64,000 nt of DNA from an uncultured Thermoanaerobaculia bacterium. Its GTDB lineage: Bacteria > Acidobacteriota > Thermoanaerobaculia > Thermoanaerobaculales > Sulfomarinibacteraceae. The notes beneath the pieces were generated by a model that was given only the letters and a program-made list of their open reading frames with translations, made no database searches and was not told the DNA's origin. Each line of letters begins with the position of its first letter. Position 1 is the first letter of the stretch. Both the position numbers and the translations under genes were made by a program. The DNA lies in the NCBI GenBank assembly GCA_964641415.1, contig CAZXMW010000005.1:14760-78759 (forward strand). Direction: 5' to 3'. This document shows, piece after piece, positions 46,675-54,889 of this stretch.

Positions 46675-46727
46675 TCCTCAGATGAGCGACTGTCACCGGC
46701 GATCTGCACCAATCTGGACGGTTGCGA
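46675..46727 (-). repeat. Partial copy C (3' part, inverted) of the roughly 160-nt repeat family
   Basis: The plus strand cctcagatgagcgactgtcaccggcgatctgcacc is the near reverse complement of the copy A 3' end. There is an internal deletion relative to A. Confidence 0.7.
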
Positions 46728-46752
46728 CGATCGCGTGAGGCCGCCCGGTCTG

Positions 46753-46786
46753 CAGTCAAGAATATACTTGACAAAGAAACACTCAG
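46753..46786. promoter_or_regulatory. HAIR-like HspR operator half-sites overlapping the dnaK promoter
   Basis: CTTGACA-N7-ACTCAGG (46766-46786) compares with the HAIR consensus CTTGAGT-N7-ACTCAAG. There is also an upstream GTCAAG-N6-CTTGAC inverted repeat. Confidence 0.55.
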
Positions 46787-46795
46787 GTTTTATGA
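46767..46795 (+). promoter_or_regulatory. Sigma70-type promoter of dnaK
   Basis: The elements are TTGACA-N17-TATGAT, about 37 nt upstream of ATG 46832, with a gaggagg RBS. Confidence 0.65.
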
Positions 46796-46831
46796 TGTGT
46801 CCGGATCGCAGAATTTGAGGAGGACATTAGC

Positions 46832-48757
46832 ATGTCTCGTGTCATCGGAATCGACCTCGGAACGACCAACTCGGTCGTCGCCGTCATGGAAGGCGGGAAG
46901 CCGGCCGTCATCGCAAATCAAGAGGGAAACCGCACCACCGCATCGGTGGTCGCCTTCAATTCGTCCGGAGAGCGTCTTGTCGGCCAGGTGGCCAAACGCC
47001 AGGCCGTGACCAACCCCGAAAACACAGTCTTTTCGGTCAAACGTTTCATGGGGCGTAGGTTCGACGAGGTAGCCGGGGAGATCAAGACCGTTCCCTATAT
47101 GGTGGTCAAGGGCGAGAACGATACCGCCCGGATCGAGATCCTCGACAGGGTCTACTCGCCGCCTGAAATTTCGGCGATGGTCCTGCAGAAGCTCAAGGCG
47201 GCTGCCGAGGACCATCTGGGAGGGCCGGTCGACAAGGCGGTGATTACCGTCCCGGCCTACTTCAACGATGCCCAGCGGAAGGCAACCAAGGACGCCGGCC
47301 AGATCGCCGGGCTTGAGGTGCTGCGGCTGGTCAACGAGCCGACCGCTGCGGCCCTCGCCTACGGGCTCGACCGGAAGGAAGACGAAACGATTGCCGTGTT
47401 CGACTTCGGCGGCGGCACCTTCGACATCTCGATTCTCGAGGTCGGCGCCGGCGTTGTCGAGGTCAAGTCGACCAACGGCGACACCCATCTCGGAGGCGAC
47501 GACATCGACCAGCTGATCATCGACTGGTTGGTGGAGGAGTTCAAGAAGGACCAGGGCGTCGACCTGAGCCAGGACCGGATGGCGCTGCAGCGGCTCAAAG
47601 AAGCCGGAGAAAAGGCCAAGATGGAGCTCAGCGCGACCATGGAAACCGACATCAATCTGCCGTTCATCACCGCCGACGCCTCGGGGCCGAAGCATCTGGC
47701 GCTGAAGCTCACCCGGTCGAAGTTCGAGCAGATGATCGGCCCGCTGGTCGACCGGACGCTCGAGCCCTGTCGGCAGGCGCTCAAGGACGCCGGCATCGAG
47801 GCCAAGGACGTCGACGAGGTGGTTCTGGTCGGTGGTTCGACCCGGATCCCGATGGTCCAGAAGGCGGTGACGGACTTTTTCGGCAAGGAACCTCACCGCG
47901 GCGTCAACCCCGACGAGGTGGTCGCCATCGGAGCGGCGGTCCAGGCTGGCGTGCTCGCCGGTGAGGTCAAGGACGTGCTCCTGCTCGACGTCACCCCGCT
48001 TTCGCTCGGCGTCGAGACCCTGGGCGGCGTGACCGACGTCGTGATTCCCCGCAATACGACGATTCCGACCCGCAAGAGCAAGGTCTACTCGACGGCGGAC
48101 GACAACCAGAATCAGGTCGAGATTCACGTTCTCCAGGGCGAGCGCACCATGGCTCCGGACAACCGGACCCTCGGTCGGTTTCACCTGATGGGCATTCCGG
48201 CGGCGCCCCGCGGGGTGCCGCAGATCGAGGTCACGTTCGACATCGACGCCAACGGCATTCTCCACGTCTCGGCCAAGGACCGCGGAACCGGCCAGGAGCA
48301 GAAGATCCAGATCACCAGCTCGTCGGGTCTCAACGACGACGAGATCGACCGCATGGTGAACGAGGCCAAGACTCACGCCACTGACGACGAGGCCAAGCGC
48401 AAGCAGATCGAAACCCGAAACAAGCTCGACGGGCTCGTATACTCGACCGAGAAGCTGCTCGCCGAGAACCGCGACAAGCTGCCCGAGGGCGAGACCAGGA
48501 ACATCGACGAGGTCATCGCCGACGCCAAGAAGGCACTCGAGGAGGGCGACGAGAGCCGGATGGAGCAGGTGTACGAACAGCTGACCCAGGCGAGCCACCA
48601 GATCGCCGCGGCGCTCTATCAGACCGCCACCGGCGACGGCGGACCGGCCGGCGACGGCGCGTCGGACTCCGGCGCCGCGGCGGGCGCGGCGGGCGAGGAC
48701 GACGAGGTCATTGATGCCGAGTACGTCGACGTCGAGCCGGAAGAAGAAAAATCATGA
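46832..48757 (+). CDS. dnaK: Molecular chaperone DnaK (Hsp70)
   Basis: The sequence reads [33 protein letters not shown] and a C-terminal Gly/Ala/acidic tail. Confidence 0.97.
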   Translation: MSRVIGIDLGTTNSVVAVMEGGKPAVIANQEGNRTTASVVAFNSSGERLVGQVAKRQAVTNPENTVFSVKRFMGRRFDEVAGEIKTVPYMVVKGENDTARIEILDRVYSPPEISAMVLQKLKAAAEDHLGGPVDKAVITVPAYFNDAQRKATKDAGQIAGLEVLRLVNEPTAAALAYGLDRKEDETIAVFDFGGGTFDISILEVGAGVVEVKSTNGDTHLGGDDIDQLIIDWLVEEFKKDQGVDLSQDRMALQRLKEAGEKAKMELSATMETDINLPFITADASGPKHLALKLTRSKFEQMIGPLVDRTLEPCRQALKDAGIEAKDVDEVVLVGGSTRIPMVQKAVTDFFGKEPHRGVNPDEVVAIGAAVQAGVLAGEVKDVLLLDVTPLSLGVETLGGVTDVVIPRNTTIPTRKSKVYSTADDNQNQVEIHVLQGERTMAPDNRTLGRFHLMGIPAAPRGVPQIEVTFDIDANGILHVSAKDRGTGQEQKIQITSSSGLNDDEIDRMVNEAKTHATDDEAKRKQIETRNKLDGLVYSTEKLLAENRDKLPEGETRNIDEVIADAKKALEEGDESRMEQVYEQLTQASHQIAAALYQTATGDGGPAGDGASDSGAAAGAAGEDDEVIDAEYVDVEPEEEKS

Positions 48758-48765
48758 TTGCGGCC

Positions 48766-48794
48766 GGGAGGCGGGCTTCCGGCGCCCGCCTCCC
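48766..48794 (+). other. GC-rich hairpin between dnaK and hspR (possible partial terminator or processing site)
   Basis: An 11-bp perfect stem gggaggcgggc / gcccgcctccc has a 7-nt loop. There is no U tract. Confidence 0.4.
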
Positions 48795-48921
48795 CCGGGC
48801 CCTCCTCCCGTCGTGACGACACGGCGGGAAAGGGGCAATGGTAGAGTCGAGACACAGGCACATCGAGAGTCGGTGCCGGCAAGCGGTCGTCATCGACCGG
48901 TCGTGGGTGTTTGGAGGCCTC

Positions 48922-49296
48922 GTGAAGTCCAAGCCGCGGTACCGCATGATCTCCTGGGTCGCGGAGAAGTACAACGTACACCCGCAGACGCTGCGTTTGT
49001 GGGAGCGCGAGGGTCTGATCCAGCCGAGCCGTTCCGAAGGCAACACGCGCCTGTATGACGAGCAGGCATGTCTCCAGCTCGAGACGATTCTGACTCTGAC
49101 CCGCGACCTGGGCGTCAATCTCGCCGGAGTCGAGATCATTCTCAATCTGAAGTCCCAGATCGGTCAGCTTCAGGCCGAGAACCGGATGCTCAAGAAGCTC
49201 GTCCGGCAGGCTTTGCGAAGCAAGCGGGAGGTGCCGCGCTATCACGCCCTGGTCAAGTTCGAGACCGGCTCGATCCAGGTCGTGGATGACGAATGA
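48922..49296 (+). CDS. hspR: MerR-family heat-shock repressor HspR
   Basis: The HTH reads YRMISWVAEKYNVHPQTLRLWEREGLIQPSRSEGNTRLY and a coiled-coil tail follows. It lies directly downstream of dnaK. A ggagg RBS precedes GTG 48922. Confidence 0.75.
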   Translation: MKSKPRYRMISWVAEKYNVHPQTLRLWEREGLIQPSRSEGNTRLYDEQACLQLETILTLTRDLGVNLAGVEIILNLKSQIGQLQAENRMLKKLVRQALRSKREVPRYHALVKFETGSIQVVDDE

Positions 49297-50162
49297 CCGC
49301 CTCCACCGGGCGACCGCGCAACGCCGAATCCGCTACCCTGCGCCGATACCTGGAAGACATCTCCAGATATCCGATGCTGAGCCACGACGAGGAGGTCGAG
49401 CTCGCTCGTCGTGTCAAGGCCGGCGATCACGAGGCCGTTCGGCGGCTTGTCGAGGCCAACCTGCGCTTCGTGGTTGCCTACGCCAAGCGCTACCGGACAC
49501 CCAACGTGCCGTTTCTCGATCTCATCCACGAGGGGAACCTCGGCCTGATCCAGGCGGCCAAGAAGTACGACCCGTTCGGCGAGGGCCACGACGTCAAGTT
49601 CATCACCTATGCCGTTTGGTGGATCCGCCAGGCGATCCTGCACGCGCTGGCGGAGCATGCAGGATCGTTCCGCCTGCCCCAGAAGCAGGCGAACAACCTG
49701 TACCGGCTCGAAAGGGTCCGGTCACTGCTCCAGGAGCGACATGGACGGGCGCCGACCGACGTCGAGCTCGCCGACGAGCTCGATCTGTCGGTGGACGACG
49801 TGCAGGTGCTGACCCAGGCGTCCCAGTCTTCGCTATCCCTCAACGAGCCGGTCGACGTCGACGGCAATTCCGAACTCGGCGATCTTCTCGAGCAGACGAC
49901 GCTCCCGGACACCGACGACCGGCTCGTTCAGGAGTCGTTCCGGGTCGCGTTGGCAGATGCCCTCGGCGAGCTGCCCGACCGGGAGCGACGCGTGCTCGAG
50001 CTGCGGTTCGGTCTCCTGGACGACCAACCCAAAACCCTGAGGGAGATCGGCGAGATCCTCGATTTGTCGCGGGAGCGCGTGCGGCAGATCGAGAGCCGCG
50101 CCCTCAACCGACTGCGATGCTCACACACCACCCAGTCCCTCTCCGGATACCTCAGTGCATGA
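49293..50162 (+). CDS. Sigma-70 family RNA polymerase sigma factor (regions 2, 3 and 4 present; group 2/3-like)
   Basis: Region 2 reads NLRFVVAYAKRY...DLIHEGNLGLIQAAKKYD...FITYAVWWIRQAI. Region 4 reads LREIGEILDLSRERVRQIESRAL. An ATGA overlap links it to hspR. Confidence 0.85.
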   Translation: MTASTGRPRNAESATLRRYLEDISRYPMLSHDEEVELARRVKAGDHEAVRRLVEANLRFVVAYAKRYRTPNVPFLDLIHEGNLGLIQAAKKYDPFGEGHDVKFITYAVWWIRQAILHALAEHAGSFRLPQKQANNLYRLERVRSLLQERHGRAPTDVELADELDLSVDDVQVLTQASQSSLSLNEPVDVDGNSELGDLLEQTTLPDTDDRLVQESFRVALADALGELPDRERRVLELRFGLLDDQPKTLREIGEILDLSRERVRQIESRALNRLRCSHTTQSLSGYLSA

Positions 50163-50210
50163 TGACCGCAGCTGTGCGATGTCATTGATCATTCAAAATT
50201 CATCATTGGC

Positions 50211-50765
50211 TCAGATTTCATCGCCATCCTCGGCATCGTCGCGGGCCTCTTCGTGCCGGGCAGCCGCCTTGTTCCGCACGACGACCCAGGTTCCGGCGAG
50301 GAGGTCGTGGAGAGCGCGTCTGTCTTCGCGAAGCACGATCAGGAGATGGCCCATTCCCGCCGTCACCGAGCTCACCGAGTACGCGGCGAGCCGGAGGAAA
50401 GCGCGGGACAGGCCGATCGGCCACTTCCCTCGATGATCGACGACGACAAGGCCGAACATCCACTTGCCGATGGTCGTCCCGACGAGACCCCAGCCGACTG
50501 CGAAGTAACACCACCACAGCGCGATCCACAGACCGATGATGCCGGCCACGTGGGCAATCCAAGCGGGGTCGGACAGCGAGTCGACGGCCAGCGTCGGGTC
50601 TCGGATCAGCGGTTGCCAGTCGATGGCCCGAGCGGCGGGGTAGGCGAGGAGAGCGCAGATACCGCAGTACACGACCATGTCGACGAGGGTTGCCGGCAGT
50701 CGCCGAAACAGGCCCGCCGGGAGCAGCGCGCCGGGTGGACGGCCGTTTGCGCGACCGTCGATCAC
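50211..50765 (-). CDS. RDD family membrane protein
   Basis: The sequence reads RRLPATLVDMVVY and has 3 TM helices. The GTG start overlaps the stop of the upstream gene (GTGA). Confidence 0.6.
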   Translation of the reverse strand: MIDGRANGRPPGALLPAGLFRRLPATLVDMVVYCGICALLAYPAARAIDWQPLIRDPTLAVDSLSDPAWIAHVAGIIGLWIALWWCYFAVGWGLVGTTIGKWMFGLVVVDHRGKWPIGLSRAFLRLAAYSVSSVTAGMGHLLIVLREDRRALHDLLAGTWVVVRNKAAARHEEARDDAEDGDEI

Positions 50766-52426
50766 AGCGGTGTCAGACCTCCGTTTTTCTGGTGATCCAG
50801 CCAAAGGCCGGCGTAGGCGTAGAGGAAGCGGAACCGAGACCTGTAGATCTGTTCGAGCTGCTCGGTTTCGGCCCGATACAGCATGTCGTCGATGAACCAC
50901 AGGAACCTGCGCTCGATCTCGCGGGCCCGGTCGAGGCTGCTCGCCGACGTCTCGAGCATCTCGAACAGGCGGTCTGGTTTGGAGCTCGAAGCCAGCCGTT
51001 CGATCTCTCGCCGTTCCTCCTCCATCTTGACCCTGAGGGCCGCGCTGGTGAGGAAAAACCGCTGCAGCTGACGGTCCTCGCTGTCATCAGACTCCTGCTG
51101 CTCGGCCATCTGACGGTAGGTTTCGACCTCCCACGCTTCGAGGCCGAGGCTCCTGATCTCCGGCGCCTCGACGACCTGTTCGGGCGTCCGGTCCCAGATC
51201 ACGAGTTCGAGCGCGAACATGATCTTGTGAAGAACCTCGTTGAGCAGCGGATCGCTGGGAAGGAGGTCGGTGATGGAAGTGATGGGCGGCTCGCCGGGCG
51301 ACCTGCCCCCGGCTGGTTCCAGCTCACGTTCGGGCCGAATCGGTGCGGGCTCGATCTCGGCGACCTCGTCCACGAGCTCGAGGGGTTTGGACGCTCTGGC
51401 GGCGACGCTCCGGTCGGTCGGGACGCCGGTTGCGAGCACATCCGCGGCGGTCGACTCGAAGTGCGCCAAAACATCGTGCATGGACTGGCGGAGCTCGAGA
51501 ATGTCCGAGCGCTTGACATTGTGCTGCCGTCGCGCATCCTCGAACCGGACCCGTGACTGCCGAAAGACGTCGATCTTGTCCTTGATCTCACGGGTCGCGA
51601 GCCCGGGATTCTTGGTCAGGTACCGCTCGATGTCGAAGATCCGGTTGGTGCCCTCGAGGAGCTGCCGTTCCTCGATGTCGAAGAGTTCGCGAAAGCGGTT
51701 TCGGGCGGCGATGTTGGTCGCCGTGATCTCGACCAGCAGCGGCGGGTGCAGCATGGCTCGCCCGATTCTGGTCTTGAAGCCGCGCAGACGGTCGTAGACC
51801 CTCGATTGGACCAGGGTGTCGAAGTCTCCGATTCGCTCGAACTCGTCGTGGAGCTCCTTGACGGCTTCGATCAGCGGTTTCTCCTCCTCGGGCGGCAGCA
51901 CGGCGAGCCCGGCGAACGCCGCCAGACGCTCGAAGGTCGAGAGCAGCTCGGGTCGCGCTCTCTGCATCAGCTCATCGTTGTCGGCCGGGGTCTCGGCGAG
52001 CCGGGTCAGCAGAATGTCGAGCTTGTCGAAGGTCTCCTGACTCGGGTGCTTCGCCATCAGGTAGAACTTGACCAGCGCAAACAGGATTTTTTCGTCCTGC
52101 CGCTTGAGATGGTCGAAAAAACGCCGCAGATACGATGGCGGAAACGTCCGTTCCAGGCGGGTCAGCTCGCCATGAATCCGTTCCAGCTCGCGCTCGATGG
52201 TCTCGAACTCGATGAGCACCAGCTTGTCGACGTGATCACCGATTCGGGGCACGATCCCCTGAATTCGCTGATACAGCGCCTGAAAATCATACTCGTACGG
52301 TATTGCTCCATCGCCGCGGTGCTTGTAGACCCCGGCCAGAAACTGGAAGAAGGTCCACAGTGAACGGAATCGATCCGAAAGCCCGGTGTAGCGCTCACTG
52401 ATCCCGTGGGCCCCAGCAGTTTTCAT
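50762..52426 (-). CDS. Conserved-looking hypothetical 554-aa helical protein
   Basis: It is a long ORF with GC-typical codon usage and starts MKTAGAHG. No motif was recognised. It is translationally coupled to the RDD gene. Confidence 0.6.
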   Translation of the reverse strand: MKTAGAHGISERYTGLSDRFRSLWTFFQFLAGVYKHRGDGAIPYEYDFQALYQRIQGIVPRIGDHVDKLVLIEFETIERELERIHGELTRLERTFPPSYLRRFFDHLKRQDEKILFALVKFYLMAKHPSQETFDKLDILLTRLAETPADNDELMQRARPELLSTFERLAAFAGLAVLPPEEEKPLIEAVKELHDEFERIGDFDTLVQSRVYDRLRGFKTRIGRAMLHPPLLVEITATNIAARNRFRELFDIEERQLLEGTNRIFDIERYLTKNPGLATREIKDKIDVFRQSRVRFEDARRQHNVKRSDILELRQSMHDVLAHFESTAADVLATGVPTDRSVAARASKPLELVDEVAEIEPAPIRPERELEPAGGRSPGEPPITSITDLLPSDPLLNEVLHKIMFALELVIWDRTPEQVVEAPEIRSLGLEAWEVETYRQMAEQQESDDSEDRQLQRFFLTSAALRVKMEEERREIERLASSSKPDRLFEMLETSASSLDRAREIERRFLWFIDDMLYRAETEQLEQIYRSRFRFLYAYAGLWLDHQKNGGLTPL

Positions 52427-52455
52427 GTTGAGTCTACGATACACTGCGCAGCGGC

Positions 52456-52998
52456 GTGACACAACGAGAAGAGATCTTCATGCTGGGACCGGTGGTGGTG
52501 CCGAGAGCCGACATCGAGACCATGATCGACCGCCTCTCGCGCGAGATCGAGGCGGATCTGAAAGGCCGGTCGCCGGTCTTCATCGGGGTGCTCAAGGGCT
52601 GCGTCTTTTTCTTCACGGACCTCGTGTCCCGCCTGAGTCAATCGGTGGAGATGGACTTCATCCAGGTTTCAAGCTATGGCGCGAGCACTACCTCATCGGG
52701 ATCCGTGGTCCTGGTCAAGGACATCACCGTCAACGTCCGCGACCGCGACGTCTATCTCGTCGAGGACATCGTCGACACCGGGTCGACCCTGACCGATGTC
52801 ATCAGTCTGCTCGAGGCACGACACCCGCGGTCGATCCAGGTGGTGTCGCTGCTGTCCAAGCCGGCTCGGCGTCAGGTCGAGGTCGACATCGCGTTTCTCG
52901 GCACCGAGATCGAAGATCGTTTCGTCATCGGTTACGGTCTCGACTACGACGAGCGCTATCGTAATCTGCCGGAGATCCACGAACTTGTGTCCGAGTGA
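52456..52998 (+). CDS. hpt: Hypoxanthine phosphoribosyltransferase
   Basis: The PRPP motif is VYLVEDIVDTGSTL. The sequence also reads GVLKGCVFFFTDL and FVIGYGLDYDERYRNLPEI. The start is either GTG 52456 or ATG 52480. Confidence 0.9.
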   Translation: MTQREEIFMLGPVVVPRADIETMIDRLSREIEADLKGRSPVFIGVLKGCVFFFTDLVSRLSQSVEMDFIQVSSYGASTTSSGSVVLVKDITVNVRDRDVYLVEDIVDTGSTLTDVISLLEARHPRSIQVVSLLSKPARRQVEVDIAFLGTEIEDRFVIGYGLDYDERYRNLPEIHELVSE

Positions 52999-53079
52999 CG
53001 CCCGAACTCGGTCGGTCCGGGTTACAATGCGCGCACCTTTGACACGCCCAGCTGCGAGGGCCGCCGACAGGGAGAGGCG

Positions 53080-53979
53080 ATGAAGCCAGTCGATGTTCGT
53101 GTGCTGATTCGTGGTGCCGGCGAGCTAGCGTCGGCGACCGCGCATCTGCTGTTCACTCAGGGGTTCGAGCGGATCCTGCTGCTCGACCGCCGATTCCCCA
53201 AGGCTGTTCGGAGACGGGTGTGTTTCTGTGAGGCCATTCTCGACGGGTCGCAGAAGATCCAAGGAGTGGTGGGTCGATTCGCTCCCGACATCGCAGCGGT
53301 CGAGGCGGCCCATGTCGACGGCGAGATCGCGGTCGGGATCATGAACCACGAGACCGTGCTCGGTCAGTGGCGCCCCGAGGTCTTCATCGAGGCGGCGATG
53401 CAACGCCGTAACTGGGGTCTGACCCGGGACCTCGCGCCCATCGTCATCGCCCTCGGCCCGGGCTATGTCGCCCACAAGGACTGCGACGCCCTCGTCGACA
53501 CCGTACGCGGCCCGATGGTCGGCAACATCATCGAGGACACCGGCGAGCACCTCGCCAATGAGCCGCCCGCCGAGATCATGGGTTACTCCGAGGAGAGGGT
53601 TTTGAAGGCGATTCGGGACGGCATCTTCTTCACCCAGCATGCGATCGGCGACACGGTCGAGCGGGGCGAGCGGATCGGAACGGTGGTTTCGGTGTACGGT
53701 GTCGACGACTACCGGCGAGGGGTGCCGGTGGATGCGTCGTACTCGGTGACGGCTCGGATCGGCGGGGCGATTCGGGGGCTGCTCCGCGACGGTGTCCCGG
53801 TCAAGGGCGGCGACCGGATCGGCGACATCGATCCCCGAGGCGCGACCGACGACCTCGATCACGTGTCCGACAAGTCCCATCGGGTGGCGGAGGGCGTGCT
53901 CGAAGCGCTGTTGAGCCTCATGTCCGAGCTCCGGAAATCACCTCCCGCCGAGGTCGAGAACAGCTACAATCCGCGTTGA
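53080..53979 (+). CDS. YqeB/EF2563-like protein (family linked to selenium-dependent molybdenum hydroxylase maturation)
   Basis: The N-terminus VLIRGAGELASATAHLLFTQGFERILLLD...PKAVRRRVCFCEAILDG matches my recollection of the family pattern. This was not verified by a search. Confidence 0.45.
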   Translation: MKPVDVRVLIRGAGELASATAHLLFTQGFERILLLDRRFPKAVRRRVCFCEAILDGSQKIQGVVGRFAPDIAAVEAAHVDGEIAVGIMNHETVLGQWRPEVFIEAAMQRRNWGLTRDLAPIVIALGPGYVAHKDCDALVDTVRGPMVGNIIEDTGEHLANEPPAEIMGYSEERVLKAIRDGIFFTQHAIGDTVERGERIGTVVSVYGVDDYRRGVPVDASYSVTARIGGAIRGLLRDGVPVKGGDRIGDIDPRGATDDLDHVSDKSHRVAEGVLEALLSLMSELRKSPPAEVENSYNPR

Positions 53980-54857
53980 TGGCTTGGCAGGGTTCGGTCC
54001 GCCGCGCCGCAATGCGTTTGCGGTCTCCGGTGCTCGCGCTCGGAGGCGGCGGCGCGCGCGGATTCGCCCACATCGGGGTGCTCCGGGTCATCGAACAGCA
54101 GTCTGTGGGTTTTCGTGCCGTCGTCGGGACCAGTATGGGATCGGTGATGGGGGCCATGTATCTGGTCCACGGGAGCGCCGACGCGGTCGAGGCTCGGTGG
54201 CGCGACGCGATTGAGGAGCGGATTCTGCCTGAAGTCCGTCAGGTCCGGATGGTGCCGCGGGCGATGCAACGTGAGCACCCACTGATCCAGGTCGCCCGGC
54301 AGATCAAGAACCGCGTCGTGGTCTCCTTCGCACTCAACCGCAGCACGGTGCTCGACGGTGCGGTGCTCGACCGCGCGATCGACTACCTGCTTCCTGATAT
54401 CGGGATCGAGGATCTTCCGAAACCGTTCATCGCGGTCGCAACAGACCTGGAGATCGGGACCGAGGTCAGATTGACCCGCGGTCCGCTCAGGCCGGCCGTC
54501 AAGGCGTCGAGCTCGATTCCCGGCATGGTGCCGGCGGTCGTCATCGACGGTGAGATGCTGGTCGACGGCGGGGTCATCGCCGAGGTTCCGGTCGCAGCGG
54601 CACGCGGCTGCGGGAAACCGGTGCTGGCGGTCGACGCGTCCATGGTGATTCCGCCGCTGGCCGACGATGATCTCGCGCTCGACACCATGATGCGTACCCA
54701 AATGATGACGTCTCAACGGCTGCGGGAGCGGCAGCTTGCCGGCGCACGCTGGGTCATCCGCCCCGACATCGGCCATGTGGCCTGGGCCGACTGGAACGCC
54801 CTCGACGACATGATCGACGCCGGGCAGAGCGCCGCTCAGGCATTTTTCGTCGGGTGA
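53979..54857 (+). CDS. Patatin-like phospholipase
   Basis: The motifs are GGGGARG (oxyanion), GTSMG (GxSxG) and DGG. The start overlaps the upstream stop. Confidence 0.85.
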   Translation: MAWQGSVRRAAMRLRSPVLALGGGGARGFAHIGVLRVIEQQSVGFRAVVGTSMGSVMGAMYLVHGSADAVEARWRDAIEERILPEVRQVRMVPRAMQREHPLIQVARQIKNRVVVSFALNRSTVLDGAVLDRAIDYLLPDIGIEDLPKPFIAVATDLEIGTEVRLTRGPLRPAVKASSSIPGMVPAVVIDGEMLVDGGVIAEVPVAAARGCGKPVLAVDASMVIPPLADDDLALDTMMRTQMMTSQRLRERQLAGARWVIRPDIGHVAWADWNALDDMIDAGQSAAQAFFVG

Positions 54858-54889
54858 CTGTAGCCCTTCGGGGCGCCTCGACTCGCGTG

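Noticed and set aside
46700-46831. CIRCE (HrcA) element or sigma32-type promoter upstream of dnaK
   Set aside because: No TTAGCACTC-N9-GAGTGCTAA-like sequence is present. The promoter matches sigma70 (TTGACA-N17-TATGAT) better than the CTTGAAA/CCCCATNT sigma32 pattern, and HspR/HAIR control fits the locus.
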